Of a stretch of DNA of 59,633 bases, positions 12,124 through 23,915 are shown piece by piece (the stretch's first letter is position 1; the number at the start of each line of letters is the position of its first letter). This DNA comes from Octopus bimaculoides. Lineage: Eukaryota. A model generated the notes under the pieces. It was not told the origin of the DNA, did no database searches, and saw only the letters and a list, made by a program, of their open reading frames with translations. The stretch lies in NCBI RefSeq assembly GCF_001194135.2, contig NC_068986.1, positions 5,740,169-5,799,801 on the forward strand, in the 5' to 3' direction. Made by a program: the position numbers and the translations under genes.

Positions 12124-14129
12124 CCCTCCCTATATGCCTGCTTGAGAGCATCAGCAATTGTGGAACTCCATGCCATAATCTGACTAGCTGTGATTTTTCT
12201 TGGGCAAGATGCAGTAGTGGTTTCCTGATGCCTTCTGACAATCTGTTTACAGTTTACTCTGTTGTCTCTTGCTCTCCTGTGCTTACCCCTGAGGCACAAG
12301 GTCTACTTAACCATCAGGCAAGGAGACTGGTTCGCAGGACATCTGTGTATGTCCATACACTGGAGGACTTGTGTGATACAAGTCTAGAGGTTGGTGGGGT
12401 AGCTTTCCTCTAGTCTTGCATGTCTTACCCACAGGACAATCTTCTGCTATTTGACCCAGAGCTAAGGCCTTTGATGGGTACTGCCACTCCAAGTCAGAGC
12501 TGACTTGGACTTGTCATGACTAAAGGGTAATTCTATACTTTCCAACCTGGATCCTCACTACTGAAAGCAGTTTAATGTCTTGTCCACTAGAAATATATAA
12601 CTCACTTGTTAAAGGAAATTACAATGTATTAGTGCTTTGCCATGCAAATATTGTCTCTACTTATCCATTCTAGAAGCAACAGTAACTTTTTCAACTACTT
12701 TATTTGTAGGTGGTTTTAATTGCTCATAGCTGAAATTTCTAGCATAACCAGTACGTCAACAGAGATGAAGCAGAACTGGCATGTGAAGTGAATTTAAACG
12801 AACCATTCTTTCAGTATAATACTTATTAAGAATTGGTCTGCAGTTAAATCTGCAGGGTAACTTATATAAGGAAGACAGTGAATGATATGCTTGAAAAATG
12901 TACTGTAAAAAGTAAACTATAAAGATTTCCCTTCCATTTTACAAATAAAATAATTTATGATAAACTTTAATATGTCTGTCATAGTACTTGTGTATGTATG
13001 TATGTGTGTGTGGGGGGGGGGGGCGTATGTGCATGAGTTCTCTCAATCTAGTTACTGTTTCATTTTGTTGTTGGACAACACAGAAATCTAATCTGCTGGT
13101 AAAGTTCATTAATGAATATAGATGAGGTGAAAATATCATTCTGAAGCAAATTTGTTCTAAATCAAAGATATGTTGGAAGTATATAGTTTAAATTCACCGA
13201 GAATTTTTGTCATTGAAATAATCCCAAGCTATGATATGTCATTATACATGCACACACACACACGTCATCACCATATGCATCATCACCATTCAACATCCAT
13301 TTTCCATGCTGGCATGGGTTGGATGATTCAATAGTATCTGGTGAGCCAGAAGACTGCACCAAGCTCCACTGTCTCTGGATGCCCTTCCTAATGCCAACCA
13401 CTTTACAGAATGTACTTGGTGCTTTTTACATGCATGCATTTGTCTCTTTGTCTGCTGAGATGAGTTTAGATGGTGACATCACTCTTAGTGCTGGTGATAT
13501 TTGTTAACATTTTCTGTCAAAATATTGCTAGTTCTGTGCTTTTGGATTCCTCTGGAAAAACAGAGCAAGTGTTGGTGACAGGAAGTGCATCAATTTCCTC
13601 CCATCTAAGTGGTAAAGCACTTAAATACAGTCAAATAACATTTTGGTAATAAATTAGTGATTTTACAATTCATAGCTAACTGAAATATGCTGACATTTTA
13701 TTTCACTAGCATTAGTGAAGTAAATATTCATGATAACTCTATTTTGTAGATTATCTAATTGTTTACTCAACTTTCTAGCTGATATAGGGTACAATCAAAT
13801 ATCATCAAAATGATAAGCATTGTTCTTTATGTGTCTTTCATTTTCTTCATGTAGCAAAAAGATATTTTGAACTGGTCTGAGGAATTCATTGTGTCCATAG
13901 ATAATATTCAGGATTTCAATGGATTCCCTTTCTTTTCTTGTCTGTTAGTTAAAAGCAAAAATATAAATATGGCTACAGTTTGATTTCACTTTGCAGCACC
14001 TTAGGCATCTGACTTCTACCATAACTTTCAGTTGATCAATATCTTGTGAATAGAATTTAGTTGATGGAAGCTATGTAGAAGCCCACTGTGTGTGTGCGCG
14101 CGCACACACACACACACACACACACCAGC

Positions 14130-14160
<31 letters not shown>

Positions 14161-14864
14161 CCACCACCACCACCATCATCATCTTCATCTTTAATGTCTG
14201 TCCTCGATGTTGGCGTGTGTTAGATGGTTTGACAGTAGTTGGCAAGCCAGAGGACTGTATCAGGCTCCACTGTCTGTTTTGGTATGGTTCCTACAGCTGG
14301 ATGCCTTTTCTAATGCCAACCACTTTACAGTGTGTACCAGATGCTTTATTATTATTATTATTATTTAAAAAAAATTTTTTTAATTTATTTATTTTTTTTT
14401 TATTTGTGGGGTTGCCAAGTAACTTGCAAGACAGGAAAGAACAAGAAAAGGAAAAAGTTTTCACAACTAAGTGATGGTGGGGTATTTCAGGGGCGAAGAA
14501 GAGGTAATTTTGTGCCAGGGATATAGCAAAGATACATGACTAACCTGCATTTATATAAGGGTGGGTTAGAACATCTAGGAAAGTAAGACAGTAATGTTGA
14601 GTGCTGGAGCAAAACCCTTAAGAAGCAAGGAATAGTACAGGTAGTGGATCAGGAAGTGGGATGGTGGTTGTAAGAGTGAGACAAGATTATCAGATGGTTA
14701 GATATGGGGATAGGGGTGAATGTAGAGAGTGATGAACAGGAAGATATGGGTAGGGGTAAGATGAGAGGGATAGGAGTGGCTCAGAGATGATAATTCAAGG
14801 AGTTGATGAGGAACAAGGCACAAGAGCAGTGGTCATGGCAGTAAACATCAGAGGGTGCTGGAAA

Positions 14865-15545
14865 TGATAGCTTCTTTCTAGTTTTCACAAATCTTTTGCA
14901 TTTAAGTCCCATGTCTCACTACCATGCCACATTGCTGTTCTAACACAAGCATCATACCATCTGCCCTTCATTCTAAGGGAAAATACCTTTGTTGCCAGCA
15001 GTGGTAACAAATCCCTGAACTTTTTCCACCTCATTCTTACTCTGGCTACTATACTATGAGAGCAATCACCTCTGCTAATTATGTCTCCTAGGTAACAATT
15101 ACTTTTAGTGAGCCATTTAGGTAGTTAAGAGAATCTGTTCCCAGTGTTCTCATAGTACATATTGTTACATACAAGGCTTACTCTCTATGTTAGTCTGCTT
15201 GTGACTTCACTATAGCTTCTGTGTGTCCATAGTTTACACTGGGTACAACATACAGTGTTTATACCTTCTCATTTTTTGCATATTGAGCAATACTAGTTCC
15301 ATGGTGATACTGAGGTTCTGTCTTCTTTTCTCCTTACTAAAACTTTGCTAAGTTTACCTGAAGCCTCTTGATTCTAGGTTTAGCTTCCACTTCTAAATTT
15401 CCCTCTCCAATTTTCGCCTAAGAATCAGCTATGAGAACTAGATCTTCAGTGTTTAGGAGTTCCCATAGACAGCCACTCTTAAACTCTTCTGTAATGGCCT
15501 TTAGGGCTCTGATGAATAGGAGAGAGCTGAGGATTGGGTCTTAAT
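14865..15545 (-). mobile_element. Old RTE-clade RT fragment (C-terminal half)
   Basis: LSSLLFIRALKAITEEFKSGCLWELLNTED (decayed YADD)...KWKLNLESRG...YLGDIISRG...VARVRMRWKKFRDLLPLLATK...YDACVRTAMWHGSETW, with stops and frameshifts. Confidence 0.85.
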
Positions 15546-15920
15546 GGACAGAATTTAGAAATTAGGTTCAACAATATATTTTCCCTTTCATTTGTTTCAG
15601 TCATTAGACTGTCCATGGTGGGGGTCACCGCCTTGAAGAAATTTTAGTTGAATGAATCAACCCTGCTTACTTTTTTTACACCTGGTAATTATTTTATCAG
15701 TCTCCTTTGCCAAGCCACTAAGTTACAGACACTGCCAGTTGTCAAGTGGTGGTGGGAGATAAACACTGACAGAAACACACACACATGATGGGCTTCTTTC
15801 AGTTTCTGTCTATCAAATCCACTCACAAGGCTTTGGTCAGCCCAAAGCTAAAATAGAAGACACTTACCCAAAGTGCCCTGCAGTGGGACCAAACCTAGAA
15901 CTATGTGGTTTGGAAGTAAG

Positions 15921-16166
15921 CTTCTTATTTCTTTATTGCCCACTAGGGGCTAAACACAGAGGGGACAAACAAGGACAGACAAACAGATTAAGTCGATTAT
16001 ATTGACCCCAGTGCGTTACTGGTACTTATTTAATCGATCCCGAAAGGATGAAAGGCAAAGTCGACCTCGGTGGAATGAATTTGAACTCAGAACATAGCGG
16101 TAGACGAAATACCGCTGAGCATTTCGCCCGGCGTGCTAACGTTTCTGCCAGCTCGACGCCTTCTTA
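15921..16166 (-). mobile_element. Young tRNA-derived SINE nested in an older SINE
   Basis: The minus-strand head is GGCGTCGAGCTGGCAGAAACGTTAGCACG...TGAGTTCAAATTC, followed by TTTCATCCTTTCGGGATCGAT. It is flanked by CTTCTTA (15921-15927 and 16160-16166), which rejoins the host's AAGCTTCTTACCACACAGCC. Confidence 0.88.
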
Positions 16167-16259
16167 CCACACAGCCAATTAAAAAAAAACTTAAAAGCAG
16201 GAAATGATTATACTGAAATATAACTAATGAAATGATAATTTCTAACATGTTTATTTTAG

Positions 16260-16660
16260 TTTATAAGGTGCTGGCATGGCTGTGTAGTTAAGAAGTTCAC
16301 TTTGCAACTACATGATCTCAGGTTCAATCTGACTGCATGATACCTTGTACAAGAGCCTTCTACTGTAGCCTTGAACTGTCCAGTATCTTGTGAGTGGTGG
16401 CATTATGTCATGCTTGAGAAGACCCATTGAGCCAAGCAAAATCGCAGTTGTGGCAAATACCGGTGTCACACAAATCGGCACCCGACCAGTGCACATAAAA
16501 GCACCCGTTACACTCTCGGAGTGGTTGGCATTAGGAAGGGCATCCAGCTGTAGAAACTCTGCCAAATCAGACTGAAATCTGTTGCAGCCTTCTAGCATGC
16601 CAGCCCAGTCAAACCGTCCAACCCATGCCAGCATGGACAACGGATGTTAAATGATGATGA
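16260..16660 (+). mobile_element. Composite of a SINE head and an RTE-type 3' tail
   Basis: GGCATGGCTGTGTAGTTAAGAAG head followed by AGGAAGGGCATCCAGCTGTAGAAAC...CCAACCCATGCCAGCATGG...GATGATGA. Confidence 0.7.
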
Positions 16661-19139
16661 ACTGTGTGGGAGCTGCTTCTTTCCTGTCTTGCAAGTTACT
16701 TGGCAAGCCAGCTAGTGGTCGGTGATATGAAAAAGGCACTCAGTACTCACTGTAAGGTGATTGGTGTTAGGAAGGGCATCCAGCCATAGAAATCATGCCA
16801 AAACTGACATGGAGTACGATGCTGTCCTGTGGCTCACCAGATCCTGTCAAACCATTCAATCCAGACCAGCAAGTAAAGTGGACATTAAATATTGATGAGA
16901 TGTACACGCACATATACACATAAATACATACATACATGTATATATATATAAATGTAAATTAAAAAAACAAAACAAAAACAAACAAATGGAGAAAGAAGAG
17001 AGTTGTTTTATATACTGAGCATAGCTTTTCATTGGAAACAGGGAAGTCCAATGGGAAAAAAAGAAGGGAAAATCGCCAACGGTTCTCATGCAGTTACATT
17101 TCTGAAGTTACCAGAAGTAGGAGGAAGAGAAAGTGCTTTCTGGGACAGGAAAGTGTAATGATGGCTGGTGTGTGTGGCAGTAACTGCATGTGCGTGTGGT
17201 GGTAACTGTGTGTGGTAGTGTGTGTGCAGTATTAACTGTTTGTGTGGGTAGTGTGTGTGTGTGTGTGGTAGGATCTGTGTGTATGTGTGTGTGTTAATAT
17301 TGCTCTGGGAGGTCAACAGCTATAGTGACAGGTGTGTGAATGGGTGGGGGTTTGTTGCATGTGTGCATTTACCTGTGCTTGTATGTGTTACCGTTTCCTT
17401 GTTTTGATTTTATTTGATATTTGTAAATGAATGTCACCATCTTGCAGATGTTGTACTTCATTTCCAATCTTATGAAACCATGTCTGGTCCTGGGGAATAT
17501 TACTTTCTTTTGAAATAGGTAAGTGTTGGGGACAGGAAAGGCATCCAGCCGTAGAAAATTTTCCTTCAACAAATTCTGTCTGACCTATGCAAGCATAGAA
17601 AAGTAGAGGTTAGAACGAATGTGCTTGTGTTAGATGATGCACAGTAATGTTGAGTTCATATCCTGGTAGCAAAAACATACGACTCTTACCAAAGCAACAT
17701 CTGTTGTACCAAATCTTTTAAAAATACTAGTAGACTTCTTCTTTAGGCATTTTCTGTAGTGGCTGCTTTATTTCTCTGTTGTTTTCCATTACCAGGTATC
17801 TGGAATATTGCTGTCTTTGCTAATAGTTCTGACAATCCACCTACCCTTCATCTACATTTGAGCCACTCTCCTTACAGTTGCTGTCCCAACTTGAAGGTCA
17901 GATTAATTTAGAATTAAAGCATTTTGATATTGTCTTTACTCATATTCCTTACCATTCCATTTTCCGTTCATAATTTGCACCGAATCAAAAGTACTTTATC
18001 TTTCTGTGTATTAGTTTACTTTTAGATTCTATTTCAAACGTGTTGTGGTTTTTGTCAGTTTCAATTTAGTTGATTCAGTTTAAGTCCTAATATGTATCTG
18101 TACTACATTCTGTACGGATCGTTAAGATTAAAGAACAATATTTAAAATTATTTGTGGTAATTAGTCTGTCCTCCTCATGCATTCTGACCTATGTATATAC
18201 ACACACACACACACACTCAAAAGTAGAAACTCATAGAAACCTATTGTATATATGCGTGTGTGTCTGTCTCCTTGCCTTTACATTGCATGATATTTGTAAA
18301 CAAGTGTCACTGTCATGTCATTAATATCCATCATTTCTAGTATTCTGAGCAAACTTGTATGGCCATGGGGTAATATTTCCTTGGTTGAAAGCAGGTGATG
18401 GCTGGTGACAGGAGGGGCATCTGGCCATAGAAAATCCATCACAATGATGTCTATCCAATCCATGCAAGCATGGAAAACTGGACACTGAAAACAATGATAT
18501 ATTGGCACAACATGGCTGAATAATTAAGAAGTTTTCTTTGTAATCATGAGGTCCTGAATTTGATCCCACTTGTGTGGCATGTTGGGCAAATGCATCTTAC
18601 TTCACTTTTGGGTTGGCCTAAACCTTGTGAGTGAAGCTAGGGAAATGGAAACTGTGTGGAAGCATGTTGGATGGATTGTGTTCGAAATTAAAAGGTTACA
18701 CTCTGTTAAGCATACATGTGTCTTTGGAATACTCAGCTGGTTACTAATTCTATGACCAAGCTACAATTTAATCATTGAAGCTAATGGAGATCCATTTCCT
18801 TGTCTGATATTGTTTCTGTTTAGATTCAATAGAACTCATGAATTGAATAGAACTCATGAGCAAAGATGATCTTGCCTTTGTGTGTGTATAATATACACTA
18901 TGTCTACTATGTCCATCATTTTGTTAAGATGATAGGGTGTAATTTGAAGGAATTTGGCTGCTACTTCCTGTTGGTAACCATACAAAGCAAGTTGTTCAAA
19001 TGACTAAATATTCACCATTGAAATTATTGGAGATCCATTTTCTTATATGATATTACTGTATTTGTTTGGCCTTTGATCAACCCTGATTGAAAAGACCTAT
19101 CAGCAAAGATAATTTTGTCTTTGTGTGTATGTGTGCACG

Positions 19140-19241
<102 letters not shown>

Positions 19242-21698
19242 ACAAAAGGATGTGTTATAACACTATTCCACGTATACAAAAACAGCCATACCAACAATCT
19301 AATATACCTCCATCATCAGCTGCCCCACAGATATCATTATGGTTTTGACATCTAGGCAGTACCATTCAATCTGGTGGTGTGAACAACACTAAAAGAAGTG
19401 TTGTTTAGGAACAAACATACCCAAAATAATAAAAGTCCACACTTTTAAGACAATAGAGAGTGATATGGGGAAATTTGACTGCCATTTCCTGTTGGGTGAC
19501 TATACAAAGCAGGCACGGGCAACTTTTTATGAGAAGCAGCCCACATGAAATATGGCTCATCATCAGACAAACCACACTGTAAAGATTCAAGGTAATTTTT
19601 AATTAGGTATACCATTCAGAAAGCTCCATAGGCCACAGTTTGCCAATGACTGATATAGAGGCTCCTTCATCAATGTCATTTACTTGGTATTCTTTAGGCT
19701 TGCACTCAGGAACAAAATCTTCTAAGCTGACCAGTTTATAAGCTTTCATATGTCTGTTATCACTTGAAATATGCATACAAAGACCTATCAGTGAATTCTA
19801 TATTGAAGCATTTCATCATTTCCTCTTTGATTTAAAGTTATTCTCATGAGTGATGCCTTCAACTGAGATGGTGCACACATGGCTCTATGGTTGAGCAGCT
19901 TGCTCCCCCCACCATGTGGTCCTGGGTTCAGTCCCATTGTGTGGTACCTTAGGTAAGTGCCTTCTGCTTTGGACCAGGGTTGACAAATGCCTTGTGACTG
20001 AAGTTGAAAGAAGCCTGTCATTTATGTATATGTATATATTTGTGTGTGTATTATGTTTGTTCTCCACCCTTGCTTGACAACCAGTGTTGGTTTGTTTACA
20101 TTCCTCTAACTTAGTGGTTCAGTGAAGGAGGGCGATAAAATAAGTTCTAGACGTAAAAAATTAGTACTGGGGTTGAGTTGTTTTATTAAGCCCTTCAAGG
20201 TGGTGTCCACATACAAGTAAAAGAATTCAAAGAAAATTTATAGATTTAAAAGAATTGCTTCTCTGTTGCTGTTATTGAGTTGCTCATGTTATCAGTTGAG
20301 TAATATGCTACCTGAAAGAGAGGGGGGAATCTGTTGTTGAGGTGAGGAATGTGTGTTTGAGAGAAAGAGAGAAGGAAAATGAGGGAGATAGAGAAAACTT
20401 GATAAAGGATATACACATACACACACACCCATATATATATATATATATATATATATACGTGAGAGAGATGTGGTGCCTTTGGCAAGTGACTTCTATAGCC
20501 TCAGGCCAACCAAACCCTTGTGGGTGGATATGTTAAATGGAAACTGAAAGAAGCCTGTTGTGTATATATATATATGTGTGTGTGTGTTTGCATGTGTGTG
20601 TTTTTCTTTCTGTGTTTTCCTTCCATCATCACTTGACAACCAGTGTTTATGACCCTGTAACTTAGCTGTTCAGCAGAAGAGACTGATAGAATAAGCACCA
20701 GGCTTAAAAGAGAAAATANNNNNNNNNNGTTTGCATGTGTGTGTTTTTCTTTCTGTGTTTTCCTTCCATCATCACTTGACAACCAGTGTTTATGACCCTG
20801 TAACTTAGCTGTTCAGCAGAAGAGACTGATAGAATAAGCACCAGGCTTAAAAGAGAAAATAAGTCTTGGGGGTTGATTCATTTGACAAAAAAACTTTTCA
20901 AGGTGGTGCTCCAGCATGGCCGCAGTCACATGACTGAAACAAGTGAAGTTAAAAGATATATAAAGCGAGATGGGGGGGGGTGGAAGTTGCTATGTAAACA
21001 TTGAGAGAAACGGATGTATAACAAGACACATGCATCTACATTTATTTATATACAGAACATCATCATTGTCATTTTTTAATGTCCTCTTTTCTATGCTTGC
21101 ATGAGTTAGACAAAACATACAGAGCTACACACACACACACTGTAAAATAGAAAGGAAACATTCCAGAATGTAGTCTCTGATGTACTAAAAGACAAATAGT
21201 TACAGCTGGAAGGTTTCCATCATAAGTGTGCTCAATCCTGTCTGATTTGGGGTCAAACAGCAACTATAGTTTCCAGCCAGTGAGAAATCCTCTACCTCTG
21301 TAATTCTCAACCTTTTCCCTGTCAGTCATCACCTTTTGCTCAATGCAGTTTGCAATTTGCCTGCTCATGCTCACTCCCTTTACAAAAATTGCATTAACTC
21401 TTTAGCTTTCAGATTTCTTTCTCAAATCTATTGCTTATTTACTCACATTGATTTGAATTAATCATGCATTATCTTATAGCTTCAAGATTTCAATGTTATG
21501 TGTTAAATTTTTGGAATGACATTGTAGGGTAAGTGTGAATGGTTGGATCTGGTCAGTTTTAACATAAAACATGTAGAATATTTAGGCTGGATATGGCCAG
21601 ATTAAATACTAAAGGGTTAAACATTCTCCACTACCAAAATCCAGGTCACTATCAAGATACTATCTTTTAGGTAGCGTGTTAGCACTAATCTTATATAT

Positions 21699-22079
21699 TT
21701 TTTTTTTGTTGTTGGCACTCCGTCGCTTACGATGTCGAGGGTTCCAGTTGATCCGATCAACGGAACAGCCTGCTCGTGAAATTAATGAGCACTCCACAGA
21801 CACGTGTACCCCTAACGTAGTTCTCAGGGATATTCAGCGTGACACAGTGTGACAAGGCTGACCCTTTGAATTACAGACACAACAGAAACAGGAAGTAAGA
21901 GTGAGAGAAAATTGTGGTGGAAGAGTACGGCAGGGTTCGCCACCACCCCCTGCCGGAGCCTCGTGGAGCTTTAGGTGTTTTCGATCAATAAACACTCACA
22001 ACGCCCGGTCTGGGAATCGAAACCGTGATCCTATGACCGCGAGTCTGCTGCCCTAACCACTGGGCCATTGCGCCTCCAC
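21699..22079 (-). mobile_element. Full-length tRNA-derived SINE with TSD
   Basis: Pol III A box TGGCCCAGTGG (22057-22067) and B box GTTTCGATTCC (22013-22023) on the minus strand, an A-rich tail, and the direct repeat ATCTTATATAT at 21688-21698 and 22082-22092. Confidence 0.9.
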
Positions 22080-22439
22080 TGATCTTATATATCAAAACAT
22101 CACTAATTATGCCAGTTGTTTTTTTTTCTCATTCAACTCTTTATATATCAGTTTGGTTATTAAAACACTTTTAATTTCACTCTTGCACTTATTGCTTTCA
22201 TTTTAGTTCTGTTCAACACTACAAGAGCTTAAATTGTGCACTAAATATCTATTTTCTCTTGAAATGTTAACTGGTATATTGACTTGTCTACATAAAATTA
22301 ATTACCCTATTGCTTCTGATTTTCGAAATGAAAATTTAGTTAATCTGACTGAACACATTGTTGTATGCTCTATTTCCTGTGAAAATATTCTATCACATGT
22401 ACACAGCTACATGTGATCTATAAATTATTTTTCAATATC

Positions 22440-22930
22440 CACCCATCCATCCATCTTCTCTTCCCACTATTCCTGGGATGGTTGTTGGGGTAGAATCCAA
22501 AGCCACCATCTCCATAGGGTCCTATCAGAAGCAACTGTCATTAGATGTTCCAGCTGTATTCTAAGTGTAGCCAAGTGAGACTACAGATATTGTCCAACCA
22601 TCTTGTCCTTCTACCTCTAAATCTCCTACTTGTTGGCTCAGCTTGGAAGAATCTGTTTTGTGATTCCTTTCTGTGACATTCAAATTTTATTTCTGTAGTA
22701 TTGGAGCTGTGACTTCTCAATATGGAGAAGTAACAGATTGATCTGAAGAGACTCCCTGATCTTCAAGCCATGCATCTTGTCAAGGAATGTTACTCCAGAG
22801 AGTAGCATTGGGTTAGTCTGGAGGAAGGGGCTATACTCATAGCCTTTGCTCTCCTTCCAAAATTAATGAGACTGATTTGGCTAATGTTTCTTCTGAACAG
22901 TTACAAATTGATAGTTGTAGGATAAACATG
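22440..22930 (-). mobile_element. Decayed RTE-clade LINE 3' end (second RTE family)
   Basis: ...IRESLQINLLLLHIEKSQLQYY...MSQKGITKQIL...QLEHLMTVASDRTLWR resembles the RTE C-terminal consensus (LLHIERSQLRW, AxDRxxWR). Confidence 0.7.
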
Positions 22931-23072
22931 GGTTGAGAAGAAATTCTAAATTAAAAATTGTGTTCAGTGCAGGACATAGGGAGGTGGGATGTATAGAATA
23001 TAGATGGTGAAGAGGAAGAGAGAGATGAGTAAGTTGGAATGTGTTGGTGAGTGACTCCAGTTAGTTGATTGG

Positions 23073-23385
23073 GTACACGGATGAGATGCCGAATGCACTT
23101 TTGCCAAACGACAAGATGCCGAAGCCAAGAAGTGAAATGAACATAAAGCCAAATGGACAAGATGCCAGAAAGACAAATGAAAATTAAAATATATGATAAT
23201 CATTTTATTCCTACAATATGGCCATTTGACAAATTGAATTGGTCATTAAACTATGTAGGTAAGAATGTTTTTTTTTATTATTGTGTCCGTTCGGCTTTAT
23301 GTCCATTTGGCATTGTCTGTTGAGCTTCTTGGCTTCAGCTCCTTGTCCTTTGGCAAAAGAACATAGGGCATCCTGTCCGTGCATG
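23073..23385. mobile_element. Mutator/foldback-like MITE with ~100-bp subrepeated TIRs and a 9-bp TSD
   Basis: The left arm TACACGGATGAGATGCC...CTTTTGCCAAACGACAAGATGCCGAAGCCAAGAAG...ACATAAAGCCAAATGGACA mirrors the right arm. GTTGATTGG occurs at 23064-23072 and 23386-23394. Confidence 0.8.
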
Positions 23386-23519
23386 GTTGATTGGCTTATT
23401 TTTGGATACCATCTAGGATATTTGTATGTATAGCAGCAACCTCATCCCAGAGGAAGAAACAGTACTCCAATGTACACATCTGTAAATGAATACCTAATCA
23501 TATGTAATATAGCTTTACA

Positions 23520-23915
23520 TACAGGTGTAGGCATGGCTGTGTGTTAAGAAGCTTGCTTTCCAACCACATGGTTTCAGGTTCAGTCCCATTGCATGGCACC
23601 TTGGGCAAGTGTCTTCTATTATAGTCCTGAGCCAACCAAAGTCTTGTGAGTGTATTTGGTAGATGGAAACTGCAAGAAGTTAGTGTGCGTGTGTGTGTAT
23701 GTGTTTATCCCTTACCACTGCTTGACAACTGGTATCAGTTTGTTTATGTCCCTATAACTTAGTGGTTCAGCAAAAGACACCGATAGGATAAGTACCAGGC
23801 TTTTAAACGAATGAGTGTGTAAGTACTGGAGTTGATTTATTCGACTAAACCCTTCAAGGCAGTGCCCCTAATGTGGCTGCAATGTGATCCAATGACTGAA
23901 ACAATTACAAGATAA
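23520..23915 (+). mobile_element. Near full-length SINE (same family as 10925)
   Basis: GGTGTAGGCATGGCTGTGTG...CCAACCACATGG...GGTTCAGTCCC...TAACTTAGTGGTTCAGCAAAAGACACCGATAGGATAAGTACCAGGC...GACTGAAAC. Confidence 0.8.

Noticed and set aside
10863-12413. Very long ORFs of 363-478 aa in the ORF track
   Set aside because: They consist of N gaps and (TA)n translations.
12125-12560. Possible 5' part of a LINE on the minus strand
   Set aside because: It looks repeat-like, but no endonuclease motif was recognisable and it is cut by the gap.
20579-20858. Exact ~130-bp direct duplication flanking a 10-N gap
   Set aside because: Identical sequence on both sides of a small gap is the signature of unmerged contig overlap.
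22005-22079. tRNA gene
   Set aside because: A and B boxes are present, but the sequence continues into a SINE body with a tail and TSD, so it is a SINE head.
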